A stretch of 26,403 bases of DNA from a virus. Taxonomy: Duplodnaviria > Caudoviricetes. The position numbers were made by a program, and so were the translations under genes. The notes below the pieces were generated by a model that searched no databases, was not told the origin of the DNA, and saw only the letters and a program-made list of their open reading frames with translations. Shown here in pieces: positions 1-8,241 of this stretch; the stretch's first letter is position 1; the number at the start of each line of letters is the position of its first letter. Where the stretch lies: IMG/VR virus record IMGVR_UViG_3300016265_000130, positions 1 through 26,403 of that record; one strand, 5' to 3'.

Positions 1-498
1 GATGGCTCTCTGGCCACTCAGGCAAGGCTCACCTCGGTGCGTGTTGTATGCAATAACACTCTGCAGATTGCCGCTGGCTCACGCAATGGTGACGTCGTCA
101 AAGTTCGCCACAATTCGGTCTTTAACGCGGCTCATGTCAAAACTTCTCTTGGCGAGTTCAACCGTGCCTTCAAGGACTTCGAGGCCACCGCCAAGCTCCT
201 GGCCAAGATCAAGATTGATTCCACTCAAGCAATGGGAGTCTTCACCAAGATTCTCGGCGGCGACGATAAGAAGCCAAGCCGTGCTGCAGCTCGAGCACTG
301 GCTCTCTTTGAAGGTGCTGGCATTGGTGCCAACTTGGAATCATCCAAAGGTACTGCCTGGGGTGCTCTCAACGCCGTCACTCAATTGATGGATTGGGAAA
401 CAGCTCGCACACCAGATGCTAGAATGGCAAATGCCTGGTTTGGCGGCGGTGTTAATGTTAAGGCAAAGGCTGCAGAAGAATTGCTGACTCTTGCATAA
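1..498 (+). CDS. DUF932 / TIGR03299-like phage-plasmid protein (5' partial)
   Basis: Frame is open from base 1: DGSLATQARLTSVRVVCNNTL ... GTAWGALNAVTQ ... NAWFGGG..K..A, the characteristic DUF932 motifs. Confidence 0.85.
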   Translation, partial: DGSLATQARLTSVRVVCNNTLQIAAGSRNGDVVKVRHNSVFNAAHVKTSLGEFNRAFKDFEATAKLLAKIKIDSTQAMGVFTKILGGDDKKPSRAAARALALFEGAGIGANLESSKGTAWGALNAVTQLMDWETARTPDARMANAWFGGGVNVKAKAAEELLTLA

Positions 499-503
499 AT
501 TTG

Positions 504-531
504 TTTACTTTCCCTGGCGAAATTGTATTAT
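504..531 (+). promoter_or_regulatory. Putative sigma70-like early promoter
   Basis: TTTACT (504-509), 16 nt, TATTAT (526-531) in an AT-rich intergenic gap. Same TTAC-N15-TGTAT spacing as 1245-1272. Confidence 0.5.
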
Positions 532-534
532 GGC

Positions 535-562
535 TCATGTGGCAAGCAACACCGCCACATGA
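535..562 (+). other. Perfect 9-bp leader hairpin
   Basis: TCATGTGGC (535-543) / GCCACATGA (554-562), 10-nt loop, just downstream of the putative -10. No U-tract follows. Confidence 0.6.
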
Positions 563-588
563 CCAACTGATTATTGAAAGGAATGACC

Positions 589-993
589 ATGTCACAGATC
601 GCAAGCAATGTCCGCATCAACACCTCCGGCGACCCGTTCAAAGTTACGCACGATGTCGTGGTTGAGGTTCTTGAAAATGGCCAATGGGTCAAGCACGCCG
701 GCTTCAACTCCCTTTCCAATGATTACGCTTACAGCTCGGCCAACGAGGCTGCTTTGGCGTATGCAAGAAAGCACCCGGTTCTGCCACCCGAGCGTGTACA
801 CACCTTTGGCAAGCTGGTTGGTGCCAACCTGGTCTATCGTGAGTACGAGACTTTCATCTCCGATGGCGCCACTTTGTTCCCCCAACTGGCTTATGTAGCC
901 TACGAAAAAGGTGCTTGCGGCGACGATCCTCATGCTTATGGCGCCACTCCTGAAGAAGCTGTTGCCAATCTCCGCGAAATACTCGAGGACTAA
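589..993 (+). CDS. Hypothetical early protein
   Basis: ATG 589 preceded by GAAAGGA SD; followed by an intrinsic terminator. Confidence 0.75.
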   Translation: MSQIASNVRINTSGDPFKVTHDVVVEVLENGQWVKHAGFNSLSNDYAYSSANEAALAYARKHPVLPPERVHTFGKLVGANLVYREYETFISDGATLFPQLAYVAYEKGACGDDPHAYGATPEEAVANLREILED

Positions 994-997
994 TCCT

Positions 998-1017
998 GGC
1001 CCTTCGGGGCCTTTTTT
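998..1017 (+). terminator. Rho-independent terminator
   Basis: GGCCC-TTCG-GGGCC (cUUCGg tetraloop) followed by T6. Confidence 0.85.
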
Positions 1018-1037
1018 GACTATTGAAAGGAACTACC

Positions 1038-1259
1038 ATGGATACCAATCGCACCTTCACTCTGGCCCAACTGGATGCTCTGTGCCACGCCCTTGATGAC
1101 TATATGGCTCTTACTATTGATGAGCACTTTGAGTTGCATAAAGGTATGACAACTGAGTTCAAATCAGTTCGTGACCGGTTGATGGCCAACTACACGCCAA
1201 TCGAAGCTCGGATTTACGCTATGAAAGTTATGCAGCAAATTCCTATTACAATGGAGTAA
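1038..1259 (+). CDS. Hypothetical early protein
   Basis: ATG 1038 with GAAAGGA SD; 73 aa. Confidence 0.7.
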   Translation: MDTNRTFTLAQLDALCHALDDYMALTIDEHFELHKGMTTEFKSVRDRLMANYTPIEARIYAMKVMQQIPITME

Positions 1260-1272
1260 TATGGTGTATATT
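1245..1272 (+). promoter_or_regulatory. Putative sigma70-like promoter
   Basis: ATTACA, 16 nt, TATATT; same architecture as 504-531. Confidence 0.4.
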
Positions 1273-1323
1273 TGTTCTGTTGTCCACTCGTCCACTTGTT
1301 GTTGATTATTGAAAGGTAGGCAT

Positions 1324-1851
1324 ATGAATATCTTCTATCTCCACCGTCTAGCCCCTGTTGCAGCAGCTATGCATTGCGACAAGCATGTTGGCAAAATGCT
1401 TATCGAGTCCTGCCAACTCCTAGCCACGGCTCATCACATCCATGGCAATGGCCATGCAGTATCCTACAAATCCACGCACGTCAATCACCCCAGTGCCATC
1501 TGGACTCGCCAGTCCCGTTTGCACTATGACTATGTCGTTACATTAGCCACGTACCTTGGCCGCGAATTCTTTGTACGTTATGGCAAAAACCATAAGTCAC
1601 GCGACGTGCTTGTTGCCGAGCTACTCAAAGCTCCACCTGCCATGTATGACATGCCTGCTACATGGTCCGACCCACCCCTAGCTATGCCTGACCAATACAA
1701 ATCCAATGACGCTATCGAATCCTACCGTCGTTACTACGCTTCTAAGTCCGCAACCATGCCCATGCTTTATCACCGTGGTGAGCGACCCATGCCAATCTGG
1801 CTCAGTGACTATATCAATGAGCATCAGTCTACTGCCTTGGAGGCCGCATGA
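1324..1851 (+). CDS. Pyrimidine-dimer DNA glycosylase (Pyr_excise/DenV-related) family protein
   Basis: MNIFYL..AAAMHCDKHVGKMLIESCQLLATAH, YKSTHVNHPSAIWTR, PPLAMPD.YK..DAIESYRRYY are the hallmark motifs of this family. Confidence 0.7.
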   Translation: MNIFYLHRLAPVAAAMHCDKHVGKMLIESCQLLATAHHIHGNGHAVSYKSTHVNHPSAIWTRQSRLHYDYVVTLATYLGREFFVRYGKNHKSRDVLVAELLKAPPAMYDMPATWSDPPLAMPDQYKSNDAIESYRRYYASKSATMPMLYHRGERPMPIWLSDYINEHQSTALEAA

Positions 1852-2009
1852 GTCTCTATCGCATTGAGTGTGTAATTCTTGTCCATGGCGATAATCTTGA
1901 TGATGCTGTGGAAGAATTTGAACACCAATTAAATCTCATAGATAAGCATCTTAATCTTCTTGCAGATATACGTATTATTAGTGCTGAAGAAGTTGAGGAG
2001 GCCGCATGA
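1848..2009 (+). CDS. Small acidic hypothetical protein (53 aa, not in ORF track)
   Basis: MSLYRIECVILVHGDNLDDAVEEFEHQLNLIDKHLNLLADIRIISAEEVEEAA; ATGA overlaps at both ends, GGAGG SD. Confidence 0.7.
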   Translation: MSLYRIECVILVHGDNLDDAVEEFEHQLNLIDKHLNLLADIRIISAEEVEEAA

Positions 2010-2407
2010 CGACTTTTGAACAAGTTGGTGAGTTCCGTAAAAAGATGGGGCTACCGACATCCACATTTCCTCATTTGCTTTCACCTGAAGAGTCGTCCTA
2101 TTTTGTGCGATTCATCCTTGAGGAAATTTCTGAGTACATGAAAGCTTATGAAGAAAACTCTTTGGTTGATGCTGCTGATGCCATTGTCGATCTTGTGTAT
2201 GTTGCTCTTGGTTGTGCTCATGCAATGGGCCTACCTTTTGATGCGTTATTTGAAGTGGTACACGCGGCAAATATGAAAAAGCAACCGGCAGATGATTTCA
2301 TACGCTCTACTCGAGGTCGTCAATACGATGTGGTTAAGCCTATTGGCTGGACTGGCCCTGAAGGCGAGATGATCGCCATTCTCTCACAATACAAAGGTGG
2401 CGAATGA
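2006..2407 (+). CDS. MazG-like all-alpha NTP pyrophosphohydrolase (candidate dCTPase/dUTPase)
   Basis: ILEEISEY ... DAADAIVDLVYVALG ... VHAANMKK ... VVKP.GW: EExxE/DxxD metal motifs of the DR2231/PRA-PH-like clade. Confidence 0.85.
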   Translation: MTTFEQVGEFRKKMGLPTSTFPHLLSPEESSYFVRFILEEISEYMKAYEENSLVDAADAIVDLVYVALGCAHAMGLPFDALFEVVHAANMKKQPADDFIRSTRGRQYDVVKPIGWTGPEGEMIAILSQYKGGE

Positions 2408-2769
2408 AAATCTCTGACCTAATTGATAAGTATGTCGAAACCAAAGCTTTGAAGGAAAGCTTAAATGAGGACATCAAAAAGGCTAATGAAAAGTTGGCCG
2501 CAATTGAAGCCGACATTATGGAACAAATGGCTCTTGCAGGAATTACGCAAGCCGCGTCGGAAAAAGCAAGCTGCACCATGCGTGAAACGCATCATCCATC
2601 CATTGAGGATTGGAACGCCTTCTACGATCATGTTGCAAAGACAAATCAATTTGAACTTCTTCACAAGCGTTTATCCTCTCAAGTCTTCCGTGAGCGGTGG
2701 GAGGCTGGAGATCTTATCCCCGGTACGAAAATGTCTTCCGTCTGGGAACTTTCCGTTCGTCGCAAGTAA
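2404..2769 (+). CDS. Conserved phage replication-module protein (N-terminal coiled coil)
   Basis: Coiled-coil N-terminus, DW.AFY..V....FELL.KRLS and IPG..V RRK end; typical gene upstream of the SSB. Confidence 0.7.
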   Translation: MKISDLIDKYVETKALKESLNEDIKKANEKLAAIEADIMEQMALAGITQAASEKASCTMRETHHPSIEDWNAFYDHVAKTNQFELLHKRLSSQVFRERWEAGDLIPGTKMSSVWELSVRRK

Positions 2770-2788
2770 CTCGTTGAAAGGAGCCATC

Positions 2789-3538
2789 ATGGCCAAAACT
2801 AATAATGCTGTTGCACTGTATGAAGACCAACTGGCCGCTATGGCCACAGAGAATGTCAAGGCCGAGCAGTCTGGTTTGACAGCCACGTATCTGTCAACCA
2901 AAGGTGGTGTCCTAACTTACCGCGGTGACCCGATCACTGGCAATAAACTGGCATGCGTTATTCTTGCTGCCCCTATTGAGCGTCTCTATTACGCCGACAG
3001 ATATGATCCTACTAAAGTTGTAGGCCCTAAGTGCTTTGCCATTGCCCCTATAGCTACCGGCATGGGACCTGCAGCAACTGCGGAGGCACCACAACATGAA
3101 AACTGCGAAGGTTGCCCACAAAACCAGTGGGGCTCGTCACCAACCGGTGGCAAAGGCAAAGCCTGCCGCGAAACACGCCGACTCCTCCTTATCCCAGCAG
3201 ATAGCATTACCACTGCGGAGTCTGTGGCTGCGGCAGAGATCGCGGCGCTTCGACCGCCGGTCACCAGCATTAAGAATTATTCCAACTATGTACAAACAGT
3301 CGCCGCAACGCTAAAGCGCCCACCTTTGGCTGTCATTACTGAGATTGCTGTTGTACCGGATCCTAAGACGCAATTCAAGGTGACCTTCAGTATGGTCAAG
3401 GCGATTGACGATCCAGCCATTGTGCAGGCAATCATCAAACGCTCTCAGGACGAGGTCCAAAGGGCTATTGAGACGGCTGGTCAAATGGATGATGATCAAC
3501 CCGCTGCAGTGCCTGCAGCTGAGTCAGATCGTTTTTAA
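2789..3538 (+). CDS. Putative ssDNA-binding/annealing protein with Zn-binding Cys motif
   Basis: ATG 2789 with GAAAGGAG SD (ORF-track start 2465 overlaps the previous gene). PKCF...CEGCPQNQWGS..GKGKACRETRRL; acidic tail ending in Phe; located before the polymerase. Confidence 0.6.
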   Translation: MAKTNNAVALYEDQLAAMATENVKAEQSGLTATYLSTKGGVLTYRGDPITGNKLACVILAAPIERLYYADRYDPTKVVGPKCFAIAPIATGMGPAATAEAPQHENCEGCPQNQWGSSPTGGKGKACRETRRLLLIPADSITTAESVAAAEIAALRPPVTSIKNYSNYVQTVAATLKRPPLAVITEIAVVPDPKTQFKVTFSMVKAIDDPAIVQAIIKRSQDEVQRAIETAGQMDDDQPAAVPAAESDRF

Positions 3539-3549
3539 TTGGAGGCTAT

Positions 3550-3744
3550 ATGGCCTTTATTAGTGTTGATGTGCATCTCGATGAGTTTTCAGACGAGGAG
3601 CTCATGGAAGAAATGCGACTGCGTGATCTACATTTCTTTGATGCTAAGAAATTGTACGATGTTTACGCAACAAAAGGCAAAGAAGCTTTTTATGATGCAG
3701 CCAAGCGTTTTGTAGAAGATAAGACTGGTCGCATTATGGTGTGA
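3550..3744 (+). CDS. Small hypothetical protein
   Basis: GGAGG SD; V.VDVHLDEFSDEELMEEM..R pattern common in phage small proteins. Confidence 0.7.
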   Translation: MAFISVDVHLDEFSDEELMEEMRLRDLHFFDAKKLYDVYATKGKEAFYDAAKRFVEDKTGRIMV

Positions 3745-3749
3745 GTTAC

Positions 3750-3816
3750 GGGGGAAAGCGGATGCTGCCGATTTGATTACTTGGTCTGTGATCAAGGCAG
3801 ACGCAGCGAGTACCCC
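3750..3816 (+). ncRNA. Candidate structured RNA with loop-E/bulged-G motif
   Basis: GGGG(3750-53)/CCCC(3813-16) closes a GAA/AGUA internal loop; inner stems CTGCC/GGCAG and TTGATTAC/GTGATCAA; fills the intergenic gap. Confidence 0.6.
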
Positions 3817-3836
3817 ACCTTCTCTTGAGGATTGAA

Positions 3837-4085
3837 ATGAAAATGTTTACACTAATCATCGTATGTACGATGCTGGTGAGTTGCTCATCAACATCCAACC
3901 CATCGCAGGCTTTGATACTTGATAAAGAAATCAATGCCATGAGTCGTAATGAAGTCATCATTGCAGTAAAGGAATGCGAAGTTAGCCGCATGCGTGCTGT
4001 ATTGGTCATGGGCAAGCGTAAAATTGGTAACCACACGACTGACGTGGTGGTTGATGTTACTTGTGCCCCTCTTTATTTCTACTAA
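3837..4085 (+). CDS. Small lipoprotein
   Basis: MKMFTLIIVCTMLVS-C lipobox; GAGG SD; stop overlaps the polymerase start (TAATG). Confidence 0.7.
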   Translation: MKMFTLIIVCTMLVSCSSTSNPSQALILDKEINAMSRNEVIIAVKECEVSRMRAVLVMGKRKIGNHTTDVVVDVTCAPLYFY

Positions 4086-5902
4086 TGACACCTATATTCC
4101 TTGACTTTGAAACAGAAGGCATCGAGGCTCGCCCGACGTATCCGCCTAAACCGGTGGGTTTGGCTGTGCATGATCCTACAGGTCAGTTTACTGATGGCTA
4201 TTTTGCTTTCGGTCATATTACAGGTAATAACACTACTTTTGACGCCGTAAGGCGTATGATGGGAGAAATGTATGATTCAAATCGACCGCTATGCTTTCAT
4301 AACGCCCTATTTGACTTGGATGTCGCTAATATTCATTTTGGCCTGGCTATCCCCGACGCATCTAGGCTACACGACACTCTCATTCTTTCTTTTCTCTACG
4401 ATCCACATGTACCTTCATTATCGCTCAAAGATCTCGTGGTCCACTGGAGCCTTGCCCGCCCAGAAGAACGAGATGAGCTTAAAGAATGGATCATTAATAA
4501 CGTCCCTGACGCTAAACGAAAAAAGTCCCAATGGGGCGGCCACATCAGCAAAGGACCCGTCGAGCTGGTAGGTCGTTATGCTATGGCAGACGTGCGGCTT
4601 ACGGCGCAGTTATTTGACTTTACCGCTTCCCACGTTTTGCCGGCTCAGCAGGCGCCATATATACGTGAACTTGAATTGATCCCATTGTTGCTTGAAAACT
4701 CACGTTTAGGTGTTCGAGTTGATGTGGCTGGGTTAGCAGCAGCAAAAGAGCAGGCCATAAAAGATATTGAGGCTTGTAATGTTTGGGTTCGTGCATTGTT
4801 GAATTCTCCTGAATTGAATGTCGACAGCGATTCTCAGCTGGTCGAAAGTATTTATCAATCGGAGTATTGGGACAAAAATAAAACCTGGCCTATCACAGAC
4901 AAAGGCCAGAAACAAGCCACCAAAGAAGCACTAGAGGAGATGCTAACTCATGAGCGCTTGCGAGATGTCCTCAGATATCGTGCAAATCTATCTACATGTC
5001 TCTCAACTTTCATTGAACCTTGGCTATCATCGGGACAACATACCGGCCGCATCTATACCAATTGGAACTCGGTTAGAGGTGAGCGTGGTGGAACACGGAC
5101 AGGACGGCTTAGCAGTACTCCTAATTTCCAAAATGCACCTATACGATACCCAAAAGTAAACTTGCCATCTGAATTAGATGTGGCACCCTTACCATTGGTT
5201 CGTAGCTTCATTCTACCGGATGAGGGCCATAAGCTGGTTGCATGCGACTTCAATGCTCAAGAGTTGCGTATCTTTGCTCACTTTGAAGGCGGCAATTTGA
5301 TGCAACAGTACCAGCAAGATGCTCGTGCTGATTTGCATACTTACGCAGCCAAGATGATGACTGAAGCATCTGGCCGTGAGGTTAGTCGTACTTACTCAAA
5401 AGGCGTCTCGTTTGCAATTCTGTATGGGGCTGGCCCTAAGAAAATCAGTGAGATGTTGGAGATTGACTACGACTTGGCCAAGACATTGATGGATGCCTAT
5501 ACCACAGCCGTGGCTCCGGGCCTCAAGGCGATGCAAGCTACCATGAGGACAAGGTACAAATTGGGCCAACCTATCAAAACCCTTGGCGGGCGTCTGGTCA
5601 AAATGGAGCCACCTAAGATCATCAATGGCCGTCTACGAGAGTTCGATTACAAAGGCGTTAATCTACTTATTCAAGGCTCAGCGGCTGATCAGGCAAAGGC
5701 AGCCATGCTACTATTCCAAAAGACACGCCAAGATAGTCGACTGCTTTTAAGTGTGCATGACGAGCTGGTTATCTCAGCCCCTGAGGATGCGGTAGAGCGT
5801 GAGGCAGAATGCTTAACACAAGCTATGTGTAATGCTTTACCAATGGATGTGCCTATGGTGAGTGACTACAAGGTTGGCAACAGTTACCAGGAGACTAAAT
5901 AA
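4085..5902 (+). CDS. Family A DNA polymerase with 3'-5' exonuclease domain
   Basis: ExoI DFET, ExoII HNALFD, ExoIII YAMAD; TRTGRLSS.PN.QN; motif A DFNAQELR; motif B K...F..LYG; motif C VHDEL. Confidence 0.95.
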   Translation: MTPIFLDFETEGIEARPTYPPKPVGLAVHDPTGQFTDGYFAFGHITGNNTTFDAVRRMMGEMYDSNRPLCFHNALFDLDVANIHFGLAIPDASRLHDTLILSFLYDPHVPSLSLKDLVVHWSLARPEERDELKEWIINNVPDAKRKKSQWGGHISKGPVELVGRYAMADVRLTAQLFDFTASHVLPAQQAPYIRELELIPLLLENSRLGVRVDVAGLAAAKEQAIKDIEACNVWVRALLNSPELNVDSDSQLVESIYQSEYWDKNKTWPITDKGQKQATKEALEEMLTHERLRDVLRYRANLSTCLSTFIEPWLSSGQHTGRIYTNWNSVRGERGGTRTGRLSSTPNFQNAPIRYPKVNLPSELDVAPLPLVRSFILPDEGHKLVACDFNAQELRIFAHFEGGNLMQQYQQDARADLHTYAAKMMTEASGREVSRTYSKGVSFAILYGAGPKKISEMLEIDYDLAKTLMDAYTTAVAPGLKAMQATMRTRYKLGQPIKTLGGRLVKMEPPKIINGRLREFDYKGVNLLIQGSAADQAKAAMLLFQKTRQDSRLLLSVHDELVISAPEDAVEREAECLTQAMCNALPMDVPMVSDYKVGNSYQETK

Positions 5903-6540
5903 TGCGTAGTTTTTCTCACTCTTCCATTAAAGTTTATGAGGAATGCCCTTACAAGTATCGCTTGACTCGTGTTGATGGCCTCAAAGAGCCTACCGGTGAC
6001 GCTGCGCAACGAGGTAAAGATATCCACACAGCATTTGAGAATGCTATTGACCAGCAACAAGCTTTACTTGAGCCATTTGAGTATTGGAATGACTACGTTG
6101 TAAAGCTTATTGAGAAAGGGGCCAAGAGTGAGATGCAATTCGCTGTCAAAAAAGACTGGACTCGTACAGATTTTCTTGCTGCCGATGCTTGGCTTCGTGG
6201 CATTTATGACGTGTTGTGGATTGATGGCACTACTGCTCACGTCATGGATTGGAAGACAGGTAAAGAAAGGGATTACAGCGATCAGCTCAAACTTTATGCC
6301 ACCATCATAATGGCGGAGTATCCAAAAGTAGAAACTGTTACCACTGAGATCTGCTATATTGATCTCAACAAACGCCATGCAGGACAAGCGTATTCTCGAT
6401 TAGAGCATGAGAAGCTTAAAGAATGGGTTACTACTCGAGTTACCAAGATTGAGAATGACGACATCTTTGCCCCACGACCATCTCATGGTTGCAAGTGGTG
6501 CCATTTTAGAAAGTCCAATGGGGGTCCTTGCCAATGGTAA
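5902..6540 (+). CDS. PD-(D/E)XK (Cas4/RecB-like) exonuclease
   Basis: SHSSI..Y..CP, G..IH, LRGIYD..VMDWKTGK, QLKLYA, C-terminal CKWC...C Fe-S-type cysteines. Confidence 0.9.
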   Translation: MRSFSHSSIKVYEECPYKYRLTRVDGLKEPTGDAAQRGKDIHTAFENAIDQQQALLEPFEYWNDYVVKLIEKGAKSEMQFAVKKDWTRTDFLAADAWLRGIYDVLWIDGTTAHVMDWKTGKERDYSDQLKLYATIIMAEYPKVETVTTEICYIDLNKRHAGQAYSRLEHEKLKEWVTTRVTKIENDDIFAPRPSHGCKWCHFRKSNGGPCQW

Positions 6541-6821
6541 CTCGAGCATTACTCGAACGTGACCTTGAAGCATACTTTACACAGCAATGCAAAAAACGAA
6601 AGCTATTAACACTAAAGCTACATGTCCGATATGCGAGAGGATGGCCCGACCGGATCGTGGTCTTACGTGGTGGACATACATTATGGGTGGAGTTGAAAAA
6701 ACCTGGGGGAAAGACAACACCCCTACAGGACAAAGTACACAAGCAACTAAGAGATCATGACCATACGGTGTACGTGCTAGATTCTAAAGAAGGGATTGAT
6801 AGTGTTTTGGGACCCACATGA
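6534..6821 (+). CDS. VRR-NUC domain nuclease / resolvase
   Basis: ERDLE, GWPDRIV, WVELKKPGGK.TPLQ. Confidence 0.9.
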   Translation: MVTRALLERDLEAYFTQQCKKRKLLTLKLHVRYARGWPDRIVVLRGGHTLWVELKKPGGKTTPLQDKVHKQLRDHDHTVYVLDSKEGIDSVLGPT

Positions 6822-8190
6822 GTATCAAAAAGAAGCCGTAAAGTTTCTCATTACTCGAGGCTCAGGTAGTCTTTGGCTCGACCCCGGCCTTGGCAAAACT
6901 TCTATCGTACTCTCAGCTTATCGTATTTTAAAGACCAAGGGGCATTGCAAAAAGATGCTGGTGCTAGCCCCTCTGCGGCCTACGTACGCTGTATGGCCTG
7001 CAGAGACTAAGAAATGGGAACAGTTTGCTGGCTACTCGGTTGGCATATTGCATGGTGGCAATAAGAATAAAGTTCTTAAGCAAAACCACGACATTTATGT
7101 GATGAACTACGAAGGCATTGGCTGGCTCTCATCTCAACTTAATGGCAAACCTTGGCCATTTGAAATATTGGTTGTGGATGAGATCTCGTACTTAAAGAAT
7201 ACTCAATCTCAACGTTACAAGTCTTTGAAGCCATTGTTGAATAAGTTTGATCGCCGCTGGGGTTTGACTGGCTCACCTGCGCCTAATGGCTTATTGGATA
7301 TCTTTGGCCCTCAATACGTGATTGACCAAGGTGCTACATTCGGGCCTTACATTACTCGCTTTAAGAATGAGTATTTCTATCCATCTGGCTTTGGCGGGTA
7401 TGAGTGGAAAATCAAACCTGATGGCGAGCAGCGTATCTATGATGCTCTGGAAGGCAAGGTCCTTCGTATGGCAGCGCTGGACCATCTAGATTTGCCTGAG
7501 TTGACATACAACAATATCTATGTGGATTTACCTGATGAGGCCAAGAAAATCTACAAGCGCCTCGAGGATGATCTCACCATTGATTTGCAATATGGCAACA
7601 TAACAGCTGCGAATGCAGCCGTGGCGGTCATGAAATGTCAACAAGTTGCCAATGGAGGCTCATATCTAGATGGAGAAAATAAAGAGACAATACACATCCA
7701 CGACGCCAAAACACAAGCCGTTCAAGATCTGGTTGACGAATTGTCAGGCCAACCTTGCATTATCGGGTTCCATTTTCAACACGACTTGGAAAGGCTCCAA
7801 AAAGCTTTTCCTCAAGCTCCAGTTATTGGTTCTGGGGTTGTGGGTGATCGACTTGATCGTATTGTTAGCGCATGGAATGCCATGGAAATTCCAGTTTTAC
7901 TTGCGCACCCGATGTCTGCTGGCCACGGCCTCAATCTTCAAGGCTCTGGCCACGCAGTTATCTGGTACTCGCTTACATGGTCGCTTGAGGTTTATGAGCA
8001 ATTCATTAGACGCCTGTGGAGACAAGGTCAAAAAAATCACATCGTAGTTCACCACATTATTGCCAAAGATACCGTGGACGAGGCCATTGTCTCAGCAGTA
8101 AAACGCAAAGACAAGACTCAACAAAATCTGTTAAATGCGGTGCGCGATTACGTGCAACGTGATAAAATTGAAATTGCTGTTGATCATTGA
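6796..8190 (+). CDS. SNF2-family DNA helicase
   Basis: PHEYQ, DPGLGKT (Walker A), VVDE (Walker B), LTGSP, SAGHGLNLQ, Q..RRLWRQGQ. Confidence 0.93.
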   Translation: MIVFWDPHEYQKEAVKFLITRGSGSLWLDPGLGKTSIVLSAYRILKTKGHCKKMLVLAPLRPTYAVWPAETKKWEQFAGYSVGILHGGNKNKVLKQNHDIYVMNYEGIGWLSSQLNGKPWPFEILVVDEISYLKNTQSQRYKSLKPLLNKFDRRWGLTGSPAPNGLLDIFGPQYVIDQGATFGPYITRFKNEYFYPSGFGGYEWKIKPDGEQRIYDALEGKVLRMAALDHLDLPELTYNNIYVDLPDEAKKIYKRLEDDLTIDLQYGNITAANAAVAVMKCQQVANGGSYLDGENKETIHIHDAKTQAVQDLVDELSGQPCIIGFHFQHDLERLQKAFPQAPVIGSGVVGDRLDRIVSAWNAMEIPVLLAHPMSAGHGLNLQGSGHAVIWYSLTWSLEVYEQFIRRLWRQGQKNHIVVHHIIAKDTVDEAIVSAVKRKDKTQQNLLNAVRDYVQRDKIEIAVDH

Positions 8191-8209
8191 AAAGTATGCA
8201 TGTTAAACT
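8180..8209 (+). promoter_or_regulatory. Putative promoter for the DNA-modification operon
   Basis: TTGATC (8180-85), 18 nt, TAAACT (8204-09), with extended -10 TG at 8201-02. Confidence 0.45.
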
Positions 8210-8241
8210 TCTATCTATCAATTCCAACAGGAGAACCTACT

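Noticed and set aside
2465-2788. 108-aa N-terminal extension of the SSB-like ORF in the track
   Set aside because: It overlaps the 2404-2769 gene out of frame; a strong SD precedes ATG 2789.
3750-3816. tRNA or intrinsic terminator
   Set aside because: No cloverleaf, T-loop or U-tract; the structure is an extended hairpin with internal loops.
5902-6540. Cas4-like nuclease suggesting a CRISPR system
   Set aside because: No repeat-spacer array or other cas genes seen; standalone Cas4-like nucleases are standard in PolA-VRR-NUC-SNF2 phage replication modules.
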